Assembly (NCBI GenBank): GCA_005880165.1
Contig: VBJP01000005.1
Coordinates: 528-36,821, forward strand
Length of the DNA stretch: 36,294 nt
Reading direction: 5' to 3'
Origin: Chloroflexota bacterium
Lineage (GTDB): Bacteria; Chloroflexota; Limnocylindria; QHBO01
Shown: one piece after another, positions 1 to 8,862 of the stretch
Position numbering within the stretch: the stretch's first letter is position 1
Layout: each line of letters starts with the position of its first letter
The notes under the pieces: generated by a model
Seen by the model: the letters and a program-made list of their open reading frames with translations, nothing else
Database searches by the model: none
What the model was told of the DNA's origin: nothing
Made by a program: the position numbers and the translations under genes

Positions 1-240
1 AGTCCAATGAGCGCCGGCCGCCTCGACCGGCTGGCCGCGGTCCCATGCCGTGCGCTTGCCCGGGTCTGACAGGATCTCCCAGGCCGCGTTGACCGCCCGC
101 ATGCGCTCGCCGGTCGCGTCGCCGCGCAAATCGGGGTGCAGCTCCTTGGCCAGCTGCCGGTAGGCACGGGCGATCTGCGCGGGCGTGGCCTCGCGACCCA
201 CGCCCAGCGTCGCATATGGATCAATGGGAGTCCGGATCAT
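1..240 (-). CDS. J-domain (DnaJ-like) protein, N-terminal part; the gene runs off the left edge
   Basis: Absent from the ORF track because it is open to the window edge. My reverse-complement translation from the ATG at 240 reads MIRTPIDPYATLGVGREATPAQIARAYRQLAKELHPDLRGDATGERMRAVNAAWEILSDPGKRTAWDRG. This is a canonical J domain with the HPD tripeptide. Confidence 0.8.
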   Translation of the reverse strand, partial: MIRTPIDPYATLGVGREATPAQIARAYRQLAKELHPDLRGDATGERMRAVNAAWEILSDPGKRTAWDRGQPVEAAGAHWT

Positions 241-270
241 GCCGAGGGTGTTGCAGTCTGACGAGGTGGG

Positions 271-1378
271 TCAGGCGCCGAACCAGCGCTGAAGCCGCTC
301 CCTCTCGAAGCGGACCTTTTCCTCGAGCTGCGCCTGAGAGGGAATGGTCAGCTCGACGGCCGGGGGATCGGCGTAGAAATCGCCGCGGATCGTGCTTGCC
401 TCCCCTCCCCCCATCTCCAGGAAGCAGGCCCCGGTGCCGTCAAACCTCGCGCTGGGATTAGCGCCACGAAACGCGGCAGCGATCCGCGCCGCCACGACCG
501 TCCCCTCGCGCTCCGCGAACAGGCCGGCCTTTGGCAGCGTCGCCAATCGCGTAGACACCGGGATGGCCGGTCTCCAGGGTGGCACGATCGACGCCGACCC
601 AACCGCCTGGCTGCGCCAGCCCGCACTCCACCAGGACCGCAGGCGCACGGTGAGGCGGCACCGCCAGCAGCAGGTCGAATCCGATCCGCTCTCCTTCGGA
701 GAAGTGCACCGCTCCATCCATCACCGCACGTGCTTGCCGGCCCGCAAGATACGGAATGCCGCGCTCCTCAAGGCGACCGTCCAGCAGCGCGCAGCCGGCA
801 GCCCCGAGCACGGGCAGCACGATGGGCGCGGGTCCGAAGACACTCACCGCTGCGTCGATTCCGCGCGCGATGAACAGGTCCTGGAGGAGGAGAGCGAGCT
901 CGAATGGAGCGGGCGGACAGGTGTAGGGCGAACCGAAGATGCCGATCACCACGCGGCCCCCAGAGAACTCCTGGATGGCCTGCGCAGCGGCCGCAAGGTC
1001 ATCCCGGCTCCACGCACTCCACCCGTGTTCGACGAGGCCTGGAACGGCGCTCGGCTCATGCGCGGCGCCGAGTGCAATCACTACCGCATCGGCCTCAAAG
1101 CGGTCGTCCTCCACAATCACCGCGCGCGAATCGGGCTCGAGCGCCTGGACCTCTCCCTGGATCACGCGAATTCCCCCCTCGGCCAGGCGTGAGACAGGCC
1201 GGCTGCCTTCGGTGAGCGGCGACGCACCGATCAAGTGCCACGTCTTGCGGGTCCCCATCACGAATTCGTCGCGGCGGTCAACGAGGATTACTTCGTCGGC
1301 GGGATCGAGCCGGTCGCGCAGCGCGATCGCGGTCGCGATCCCACCAAAACCCGCGCCCAGGACCATCGCCCGCGCCAT
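271..1378 (-). pseudogene. SQR-like NAD(P)/FAD-dependent oxidoreductase; reading frame broken near 538-541 as sequenced
   Basis: ORF 458..1519(-), read from the internal ATG at 1378, gives MARAMVLGAGFGGIATA (GxGxxG Rossmann motif) through GVYAIGD. The conserved C-terminus (TLPKAGLFAEREGTVVAARIAAAF...ERERLQRWFGA) continues in a different frame, in ORF 271..717(-). Confidence 0.75.
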
Positions 1379-1527
1379 CCGGGCAGGGTACCAGCGTAGG
1401 GGCGCGCAATCGCGCGGAGGACCCCTAGACTGGATCGGTGGCGAAAGCGGCTTCCAGCCCTCACGATCCGGGTCCTGAAGCCTCCGCCGAGCGAGGCGAA
1501 GCCGCAGCCGACTCTGCACGCAAGCCG

Positions 1528-2466
1528 ATGCGCCTGGGGAAGGCCAGCGTGCGCATCGGTACTGCCAGCTGGACGGATCCGACCATGGTGGCGCCGGGGG
1601 TCTTCTACCCGCCGGATGCGAAGAATGCGGAGGACCGCCTCAATTACTACGCCGACCAGTTCCCGGTGGTGGAGGTCGACTCCACCTACTACGCGCTCCC
1701 GGTGCGTCGAATGGGCGAGCTGTGGCTGGAGCGCACGCCTCCGGACTTCACCTTTGACGTCAAGGCCCACGCGCTGATGACCGGCCAGCCGTCGGAGGTG
1801 AAGCGGCTGCCCAAGGAGATCCGTGAGGAGCTGCCCATCGAGCTCCAGGACAAGGGACGGATCTACGGGCGAGACCTGCCCAAGGAGCTGTACGACGCGA
1901 TCTGGGACCAGTTCCTGGACGGGGTGGCGCCGCTCCATTCCGCCGGCAAGCTGGGCGCCATCTTCCTGCAGTTTCCGAAGTGGGTCTTCCCGTCCAACGA
2001 GGCGCGCGACGCGATCGTGGAAGCCAAGGAACGCCTGGCCGATGTGCCGATGGCGGTCGAGTTCCGAGCCGCGTCATGGTTCAACGACAAGAACGCCGGG
2101 CGCACGCTCGACTACCTCGACAAGCACCACATTCCGTTCGTCATGGTGGACGCGCCGCAGGGCATGCGAAGCTCAGTGCCGCCGATTGTGGCGGTTACCT
2201 CACCTCAGCTGGCGGTGATTCGTTTCCATGGGCGCCGCGCCGAAACCTGGGAGGCCAGGGGGATCCCGGTGGTCGAGCGCTTCCGCTACCTCTACTCCCA
2301 ACCGGAGCTGGAGGAGTGGGTGCCGCGGGTCGAGGAGGCGGCTGGCAAGACCCGCGAGATCCACCTATTGATGAACAACTGCTACGCGAACTACGGGACC
2401 ACCAACGCCCGCGAGATCGCCGCGCTGCTGGCCAGGGAGGCACCCAAACTCGCCGCTCGCGCCTGA
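1528..2466 (+). CDS. DUF72 (YecE/UPF0759) family protein
   Basis: ORF 1438..2466. The motifs VRIGTASWTDP, LNYYADQFPVVEVDSTYY, IFLQFP and LMNNCY fit the DUF72 pattern. The ATG at 1528 lies 8 aa ahead of the conserved IGTxxW. The GTG at 1438 is an alternative start that would add a low-complexity extension. Confidence 0.75.
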   Translation: MRLGKASVRIGTASWTDPTMVAPGVFYPPDAKNAEDRLNYYADQFPVVEVDSTYYALPVRRMGELWLERTPPDFTFDVKAHALMTGQPSEVKRLPKEIREELPIELQDKGRIYGRDLPKELYDAIWDQFLDGVAPLHSAGKLGAIFLQFPKWVFPSNEARDAIVEAKERLADVPMAVEFRAASWFNDKNAGRTLDYLDKHHIPFVMVDAPQGMRSSVPPIVAVTSPQLAVIRFHGRRAETWEARGIPVVERFRYLYSQPELEEWVPRVEEAAGKTREIHLLMNNCYANYGTTNAREIAALLAREAPKLAARA

Positions 2467-2512
2467 CGGAGCTGGTCGAGGCTCGCTCGCCGTCGCCTCA
2501 CTGGCGTCGGTC

Positions 2513-5500
2513 CTACTCCGCGGTAGCAGACGTCGGTGTCAGGCTCGCAATCTGGTCGCGCAGCCGACCCGCGTACAGCTGGTTGCCTCGTGCCTCCTCG
2601 CTCGCGAGCACCTCTCGCAGGAGATCGGCCGCCTCTGCAGGACGGTCGGCGATGCGCAGCACGTCGGCGAGCGCCAGACGCGACCACGCAAAGAGGATCT
2701 GGTACTCGGTCTGGCCGGCTAGGGCCACGGCGTGGCGAGCCATCGCCTCTGCCTCATCTGCCTTCTCCCGGCGAGCAAGGAGGCGGGCGCGGACACTGAC
2801 TAGCAGGACCTGCGTGACGAGGTCGTCGGCGGCACCGGCCTCCTCGGCCAGCTGCGCGAGTTCCTCGATCTCGGCGGTTTCTTCCATGTCAAGCAGCACC
2901 GATGCCAGCTCCGTTATCACAGTAGAGAGATAGCCGCGCTCGCCAAGTGCCGTCAGCTCCCGGAAGCTCGATCGCAACCGCTCAGCAGCGCGAGCCAGAT
3001 TGCCTTGCCATATGTCGATGATCACGTCGGGATGGGTTGCGAACGCCTGGACCCGCATTCCCATATCCAGAAAGATGTCCCGACCGCGGGCGATCTCGGC
3101 CAATGCCTGATCGGTCGATCCCTCCATGGCAGTCATGAGGCCATGGCCAGTGAGGGTCGCCGCCTCCAGGGCGAGGTGGCCGCTTGCGCGGGCGAATTCC
3201 AGGTCATCTCGCAATGTGGGCTCCAGCGTCATCCCGCCTTGGAAGCTGAAACCCCCGGCCATTGACCTATTGCCCCGCAGCTCGGCTTCCAAGGCTCTGT
3301 CCCCCGCCTCGCGGGCGTACGTAAGACCCTCCTCTGCGAGGTTCTGAGCATCACCGAGCCGACCCTGGTAGAACGCCACCTCGCTTGCTGCGTTCAAGGC
3401 GCTGGCGACGCCCCCAGGCGCACCGAGCTCTCGGCGGATGCGAAGCGCCTCCTCGACCTTAGGCAGCACCTCTGTCGCACTTCGCCCTTGCTCGAATGCC
3501 AACTGGACCTGCTCCAGCGCCTCCGCTCGTGTAGCCGGCGGAGCGTCCGCGGATGCGAGAACCTCATCGATCGCCCGCTGCGCATCGTCGAAGCGGCCCA
3601 TCCTCGCCAGGGCTCCTGCGAGCATCGGAAGGTTCGCGAGTCGCTCCGGATGCTCTTTTGGCAGCAGCGCGTTGGCGCGTTCGAGGAGCCGCACCACGGC
3701 AGCCTGGTCGCCGATGGCTCGGGCTCGCCGGGCTCCGGCCTGCAGGTGACCGGCGGCGCGCTGAGCGAGCTCGCGAATGCGGCCTGTATCGGCTCCCAGG
3801 GCTCGGCGGTACTCGTATGCCTGCTGCAGGTGATGACCCACCAGCTCGTGGAGCTCGGGAAGCCGGCCGGCCAGCATTACCTCTGTCCAGTCCGCGAACG
3901 CCTCGTGCAGACGGGCACGCTCCTGTTTGGGGAGCGACTCATAGGCCGCGTCACGAACCAGCTGATGGCGGAAGCGGAAGCGCACCTCCTCGTCGACCGT
4001 GTCGGCCTCCGGTGCGGCCTCCTCGTCGAGCCGCACCAACTCTTTGCGCACCAGCGCCATGAGCCGAGGCAAGACCGCGTCTCGATCCGCGTCTGGGCTG
4101 AGCTGCGCGACCTCCGAGGCGCCGAAGCGCTTGCCGACCACCGCGGCTCGCCCGAGGACCGCCCGCTCGTCGGCCGGCAGATGATCGAGGCGAGCGGCCA
4201 GGAGCAGCTCGATCGTCGGCGGGACGGCGATCTCGTCCGGAACGCGTGTGACGCGGAAGGCGTCTCCGTCGCGCTGCAGAATGCCGTCATCGGCGAGCAT
4301 CGACAGGAGTTCCTCGACGAACAGCGGATTCCCCTCTGCGGCGTCCTCGATCCGCCGCGCGAGCGCGCCGGGGAGCACGTTTCCCCCAGTCAGGTTGGCC
4401 ATGATCTCGCTCACCGCAGCGTCGTCGAGCGGCTCGAGAAGGATGGCGGCGGCGTTCATCTTGCCGCCGCCCCATGTGGGCCGGGCTTCCAGCAACTCCG
4501 GCCGGGCAATGGTCACCAAAAGGATCGGCGAGTCCCGCGACCAGTCGGTGATGTGCTCGACCAAGTCGAGGAAGGTGGGCGTTCCCCACTGAACATCGTC
4601 GAAAACGGCGACGAGCGGGCGGCGTCGCGCCATCGCCTCGAGGAGGCGGCGAATGGCCCAGAAGGTCTCCTGTCCGCCTGCGGCGCTGACGCCATCTGCC
4701 GTAGCCAGACCGATGGCGGCCGCCACGCGCTCCGCTACCACCTCCGCGTGGCTTAGCCTGCCCGCGAGCGCTCGAAGGCGGTCGAGCGCCTTCTCCGGGG
4801 GGTCGCCCGGCTCGATCTCGGCGGCACCACGCAGCGCCTCGGCGAGCGGCCAGTAGGTGATCGCATCCCCGTACGAGAGGCATCGGCCGCGGATGACCGT
4901 CGCCTCTCCCCGGACAGTGCCGAGGAACTCATGGATCAGCCGGGACTTTCCCACGCCCGCCAGGCCGAGCACCGTCACAAGCTGTGGCGCGCGGTCGTCA
5001 CGCGCGCGAGCCACGGCATCGGTCAACTGACGAAGCTGGCGATCGCGGCCAACCATCGGGCTGTCCATGTGGCGCGCCTGTGCCCCGGCGAGCGGGTCGA
5101 CCGATTGCAGGCCCCACGCCGCGATCGGCTCGGCCTTGCCTTTGAGGGTCAGCGGAGCCACCGGCTCGGCGGTCACGGCATGTCGGACAAGTCGATGGGT
5201 CTCCTGGCCGATCAGGATCTCGCCGTGCTGGGCCACCTGCTCCAGGCGTGCGGCAGTGTTCACGACGTCACCGGTGGCGAGAGTCTGGTGGGATGCCGCA
5301 TCGCCAGCCACGACTTCGCCGGTGTTGATCCCGGTGCGGATGGAGAGCTCGACTCCCCAACGGCTGGCAAGATCGCGGTTCAGGGTCTCGAGGGCGGTTC
5401 GCATGTCGAGCGCAGCCCGCACGGCGCGCAGCGCGTCGTCCTCGTGGAGCTGGGGGATGCCGAAGACCGCCATCACCGCGTCCCCAATGAACTTCTCGAC

Positions 5501-5752
5501 TGTTCCCTCATGCCGTTCAATCGCGACGCGCATCGCGTCGAAGTACCGCTGCATGACCTGTCGCAGGGCTTCGGGATCAAGCCGTTCGCCCATCTGCGTC
5601 GAACCTGCGACGTCCGCGAAGAGCACCGTCACCCGCCTTCGGGTCTCGAGTGCCCGTTCGGTGGCCGCCTGCGCTAAGAGCGCGGCCCCGCAGTTCAGGC
5701 AGAACCTGGCACGATCGGGATTTGCTTCGCCGCAGCTCGGGCAGGCCGCCAT
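2513..5752 (-). CDS. Zn-ribbon / class III adenylate-guanylate cyclase / AAA_16-type STAND ATPase / TPR-like repeat protein (1079 aa)
   Basis: N-terminal CPSCGx10CLNCG zinc ribbon. Cyclase motifs VTVLFADVAGST, EKFIGDAVMAVF and GDVVNTAARLE. Walker A GLAGVGKSRL and Walker B LVAVFDDVQW. About 450 aa of helical TPR-like repeats at the C-terminus. Confidence 0.85.
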   Translation of the reverse strand: MAACPSCGEANPDRARFCLNCGAALLAQAATERALETRRRVTVLFADVAGSTQMGERLDPEALRQVMQRYFDAMRVAIERHEGTVEKFIGDAVMAVFGIPQLHEDDALRAVRAALDMRTALETLNRDLASRWGVELSIRTGINTGEVVAGDAASHQTLATGDVVNTAARLEQVAQHGEILIGQETHRLVRHAVTAEPVAPLTLKGKAEPIAAWGLQSVDPLAGAQARHMDSPMVGRDRQLRQLTDAVARARDDRAPQLVTVLGLAGVGKSRLIHEFLGTVRGEATVIRGRCLSYGDAITYWPLAEALRGAAEIEPGDPPEKALDRLRALAGRLSHAEVVAERVAAAIGLATADGVSAAGGQETFWAIRRLLEAMARRRPLVAVFDDVQWGTPTFLDLVEHITDWSRDSPILLVTIARPELLEARPTWGGGKMNAAAILLEPLDDAAVSEIMANLTGGNVLPGALARRIEDAAEGNPLFVEELLSMLADDGILQRDGDAFRVTRVPDEIAVPPTIELLLAARLDHLPADERAVLGRAAVVGKRFGASEVAQLSPDADRDAVLPRLMALVRKELVRLDEEAAPEADTVDEEVRFRFRHQLVRDAAYESLPKQERARLHEAFADWTEVMLAGRLPELHELVGHHLQQAYEYRRALGADTGRIRELAQRAAGHLQAGARRARAIGDQAAVVRLLERANALLPKEHPERLANLPMLAGALARMGRFDDAQRAIDEVLASADAPPATRAEALEQVQLAFEQGRSATEVLPKVEEALRIRRELGAPGGVASALNAASEVAFYQGRLGDAQNLAEEGLTYAREAGDRALEAELRGNRSMAGGFSFQGGMTLEPTLRDDLEFARASGHLALEAATLTGHGLMTAMEGSTDQALAEIARGRDIFLDMGMRVQAFATHPDVIIDIWQGNLARAAERLRSSFRELTALGERGYLSTVITELASVLLDMEETAEIEELAQLAEEAGAADDLVTQVLLVSVRARLLARREKADEAEAMARHAVALAGQTEYQILFAWSRLALADVLRIADRPAEAADLLREVLASEEARGNQLYAGRLRDQIASLTPTSATAE

Positions 5753-5820
5753 GCCGGGAGTGTACCTGCGTGCTCCAGCATTCCGGCGCCTGCGAGCAGG
5801 CCGTAGTACGGTCTGGTCCG

Positions 5821-6618
5821 ATGACCCGGCATTCGACGCGGTGGCGCACCCCTATCGGCCTGTTCCTCGCCACCGGCATGCTTGCTGCTTGCCTGGCTGG
5901 ACCCGCTCATTCCATGTCACCCGCGCTGCCGTCCGCCTCCACCGCGCCCACGCCGGGTCCAACGACCGAGCCCACTCACACTCCGTCGGCCACTCCCGAG
6001 CCTACGCCGGACCAGGCGAAGGTCCCGATCTTCCAGGCCGGCGCCATGGCCGCCACGCGCACGACCGTCAGGCTGCGGGACCTTCCCGGCACGCAGTGGG
6101 GCGTTGCGGCACTGCTGCCAACGGGAGCCGTCGTGCAGGTCGTGCTCGGCCCGATACGGACCGGCAGCTTTGGCTGGTACCTCGTGCGCGACGCGGACCC
6201 GGCCAAGCCATCCTTCAACGAGGGTTGGCTGGCGGCCGGATTCGCTCCGGACGCCTTCATCGCCCCGGACCCATCCGCTAGGCCGCCTGCCAACAGCCCC
6301 GTCTTCGTGGCCGGCTATGGAGGCGTGACGGATGCGGATTTCGGCCCATTCCGGGTCGAAGGCAACACCGCGCTACGCTGGGCCCTGGCGCTGCCGATCG
6401 GCAAGCCGGTGGGATCCATCTGCCATTTCATCGGCGCGCTCACGCCTGCCGGCGGCAAGGCGGTGATCTTCCTGAAGACCTCAGCGTCTGATGCGCCCGC
6501 GCCCGGCACCGTGCAGCCGTCGTTCTTCGCCCAGCATCCGACGCTGCGCGGCGACCTCTTCATGCACGTCGACTCCGATTGCAGCTGGGCGCTGTCGGTC
6601 GTCCGTCTCCCGCTCTAG
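5821..6618 (+). CDS. Hypothetical lipoprotein with a possible SH3b-like segment
   Basis: ORF 5650..6618. The internal ATG at 5821 gives MTRHSTRWRTPIGLFLATGMLAAC, a signal peptide with an LAAC lipobox. A Pro/Thr linker follows, then VRLRDLPG...FGWYLVRD. No recognisable catalytic motif. Confidence 0.6.
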   Translation: MTRHSTRWRTPIGLFLATGMLAACLAGPAHSMSPALPSASTAPTPGPTTEPTHTPSATPEPTPDQAKVPIFQAGAMAATRTTVRLRDLPGTQWGVAALLPTGAVVQVVLGPIRTGSFGWYLVRDADPAKPSFNEGWLAAGFAPDAFIAPDPSARPPANSPVFVAGYGGVTDADFGPFRVEGNTALRWALALPIGKPVGSICHFIGALTPAGGKAVIFLKTSASDAPAPGTVQPSFFAQHPTLRGDLFMHVDSDCSWALSVVRLPL

Positions 6619-7943
6619 GCCGATGCGGGCAGCCGCACCTCGAAACGCGCTCCTCCACCCGGACGATCCGCTGCGCTGATCGAACCGCCGTGGCGTTCGG
6701 CTATCCAGGATGCGATCGCGAGACCGAGCCCGAGTCCTCCAGGTGGGGCGTCCGACGCCCGCCAGAAGCGCTCGAAGACATGCCCGATGTCGTCGGCCCG
6801 AATCCCCCGGCCGGTATCTTCGACCTGGAGGACGGCGGCGCTGCCTTCGCGAGCGACGTGCACGCTGACCTGCGCGGGTCCACCCGCATGACGGATGGCG
6901 TTGTCGACAAGGATCACCGCCAATTGACGCAGGCGCGCGAAGTCGCCGGTGACCTGGGTTGGTTGGCCGTCGAACGCGAGGTTCACGCCACGCTCGGTGG
7001 CTATCGGCGTCAGCTCGCCCAGGGCGGCCGTCGCCGCATCCGCAAGGTCGACGGTGCCCCGTTGGAGCTCAACGACCCCCGAGTCGGCGCGCGCCAGCAG
7101 CAGGAGCCCGTCGACGAGCTCGGTCATGTGCACGATCTCCGCGCTCATGTCCTCGAGAGCGGTCCCGACCTTCCCCACCGGCTCGTCCGGGTGACGGCGC
7201 AGGTCTTCGAGCGAACCGCGCAGGATGGTGAGCGGCGTCCGCAGCTCATGCGAAGCGTCGGCAGCGAACTCGCGCTGGCGCCGGAGTGAATCCCGGATGG
7301 GGACAAGCGCCCGCGAGGCATACAGCCAGCCTCCGGCCGACGCCATCGCCACGGCGCCAAGCCCGCCGAACAGGAGGATGAGCAGGAGGGTTCCCAGGGT
7401 GCTCTCCTCGGCGTTCCGGAATGCGACAACCTGGATCACATAGCGGCCCTCGCCCAGGTCGATCGGCTCCGTCAAGACCCTCGCGGAGGCTCCGCTGAGC
7501 TGGACCTCGCGCAGCTGCGCCTGGCCAGAGGCGCGCGCTGTGGTGACCGCATCGGAGATGGGGAGCCCCTGGGTTGGGGCATCGCGTGGGACGAACGCGA
7601 CGTTCTGCGGCGTGACGATCACGCCGATCGTGCCAGAGGCCGGCCCGCCGATCGCCAACCCGATCGTGTGATACAGGTCCGGGCCAGGTCCGGGGAAGCC
7701 CGGGCGGCTCAACGTCTCGTCGATTTGTCTCGCACGAGCCTCCAGCGCGGCCTCAGTGGACCTCGCCAGGTTTGCGGCGGTGGTGGCGTAGACCGCAACC
7801 CCCAGGACGAGAAGAATGGCCAGCGTGATCGCGCCGCTCCAGGCGACGAGCCGCCAGCGAACCCCCCGCAGCAGGCGAACGTCGCCCTCGGCGGCAGACT
7901 CGTGTCTCGGTTCGGGGGCGAAGAGCGTCCGGAGTCGGCTCAC
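6615..7943 (-). CDS. Sensor histidine kinase (HisKA + HATPase_c) with two predicted TM segments
   Basis: H-box ADASHELRTPLT, N-box DNAIRH, G1 VEDTGRGI and G2 GGLGLGLAI. The GTG at 7943 overlaps the response-regulator stop as GTGA. ORF 6615..8186 extends further upstream but would then overlap the regulator. Confidence 0.85.
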   Translation of the reverse strand: MSRLRTLFAPEPRHESAAEGDVRLLRGVRWRLVAWSGAITLAILLVLGVAVYATTAANLARSTEAALEARARQIDETLSRPGFPGPGPDLYHTIGLAIGGPASGTIGVIVTPQNVAFVPRDAPTQGLPISDAVTTARASGQAQLREVQLSGASARVLTEPIDLGEGRYVIQVVAFRNAEESTLGTLLLILLFGGLGAVAMASAGGWLYASRALVPIRDSLRRQREFAADASHELRTPLTILRGSLEDLRRHPDEPVGKVGTALEDMSAEIVHMTELVDGLLLLARADSGVVELQRGTVDLADAATAALGELTPIATERGVNLAFDGQPTQVTGDFARLRQLAVILVDNAIRHAGGPAQVSVHVAREGSAAVLQVEDTGRGIRADDIGHVFERFWRASDAPPGGLGLGLAIASWIAERHGGSISAADRPGGGARFEVRLPASA

Positions 7944-8671
7944 GGCCGCGCCTCCACCCCGGATCCCTCCCGCCGCTCCTGCCGCGACGTCCGTTCCGGC
8001 GCCAGCAGCCGATAGCCGACTCCCCGCTCGGTCCTGATCCGCGCGCTGCCCGCCGGGCCCAGCTTCTCGCGAAGAAGATGCACGTAGGCGTCCACGGTGT
8101 TCGGGGTGACCGCCACGCCGTACGGCCACGCCGCGTCGAGCAGCTGGTCGCGGCTGAGCGCCTGGCCCGGATGCCGCAGGAAGCATTCGAGCAGGGAAAA
8201 TTCGCGTGGCGAGAGGGTGACCGCGCGTCCCGCGACCGTGACCTCACGCATCGCCTCATCGAGCGTGATCGGTCCGTTCATGAGCTTGGCCGTGCGTCGG
8301 GTTCCGTTCCGGCCCCTGCGCCCAAGTGCCCGCAGCCGCGCGGAGAGCTCCTCGTAGGCGAATGGCTTGACCAGGTAGTCATCGGCTCCCGAATCCAGGC
8401 CTCGCACGCGATCGTCGATCGCGTCGCGGGCCGTGAGCATCAGGATGGGAACCGATGAGCCTCGCGCGCGCAGGTCCTTGGCGACCTCCAGCCCGGATCG
8501 GTCTGGCAGACCGATGTCCAGGATGATGGCGTCCAGACCGTCGGCCATCCGGGCGAGCTCGAGCGCGGTGCGCGCGTCCGCGGCTTCCTCGACGACATGG
8601 CGATCAACGCTCAACAGCCTACCGAGGAGCCGGCGAAGTCGGGCATCATCTTCGACGACGAGCAGGTGCAT
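7940..8671 (-). CDS. OmpR/PhoB-family response regulator
   Basis: Receiver domain MHLLVVEDD...ILDIGLPDRSG...LMLTAR...YLVKPF. The C-terminal winged helix contains LSPREFSLLECF and VRGVGYRL. Confidence 0.9.
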   Translation of the reverse strand: MHLLVVEDDARLRRLLGRLLSVDRHVVEEAADARTALELARMADGLDAIILDIGLPDRSGLEVAKDLRARGSSVPILMLTARDAIDDRVRGLDSGADDYLVKPFAYEELSARLRALGRRGRNGTRRTAKLMNGPITLDEAMREVTVAGRAVTLSPREFSLLECFLRHPGQALSRDQLLDAAWPYGVAVTPNTVDAYVHLLREKLGPAGSARIRTERGVGYRLLAPERTSRQERREGSGVEARP

Positions 8672-8839
8672 GCGTCGAACTATCGCAGACCGTCAGACGG
8701 CCGCTTCTCGTCCGGGTTCAACCTCATCATCGCCCGCACGGTCGTCGCCATCCCTGAATGGACTCTGAAAACCAGGCCGCCTGTTCGACCCCACGACGCA
8801 GTTCGCGACATTCGAGCTGTCACGCCGGCGACTAGGCTT

Positions 8840-8855
8840 CCCTCCGTGCGGAGGG
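8840..8855 (+). promoter_or_regulatory. Hairpin that pairs the Shine-Dalgarno sequence of the nuclease-helicase gene
   Basis: CCCTCC (8840-8845), loop GTGC, GGAGGG (8850-8855). GGAGGG lies 7 nt upstream of the ATG at 8863 and is the only SD-like element there. Confidence 0.4.
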
Positions 8856-8862
8856 CGTACTG

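Noticed and set aside
392-1192. Long ORFs antisense to or out of frame with the SQR-like gene. The same pattern recurs at 3488..4756, 5067..6281, 9025..9822, 17696..19048, 19130..20599, 21562..22758, 22842..24032, 26862..27842 and 34223..35152.
   Set aside because: These are shadow ORFs typical of GC-rich DNA. Their translations are Arg/Pro/Ala/Gly-rich with no motifs. Each is fully overlapped by a gene that has clear family signatures.
5650-5820. N-terminal extensions offered by the ORF track: 5650 for the lipoprotein, 1438 for DUF72, 17684 for XRE-TPR, 22686 for pdxH, 20320 for the PRC-barrel protein, 21850 for HAD and 34383 for GH125.
   Set aside because: The extensions are low-complexity, overlap neighbouring genes, and precede internal starts that give canonical N-termini (signal peptide, conserved first motif, SD, or stop-start coupling). 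DUF72 and XRE-TPR remain genuinely ambiguous.
6615-6618. Convergent genes share overlapping stop codons in a CTAG tetranucleotide, here and again at 24473-24476.
   Set aside because: The overlap is real, but with only two instances it is most simply explained by compact gene packing. I see no evidence of function.
8672-8862. Possible tRNA or small RNA in the divergent region, prompted by the T-loop-like GGTTCAACC near 8712.
   Set aside because: I could build no cloverleaf: there is no matching acceptor or T-stem complement. I found no tRNA-like structure anywhere in the window by eye. A tRNAscan or Infernal run would settle it.
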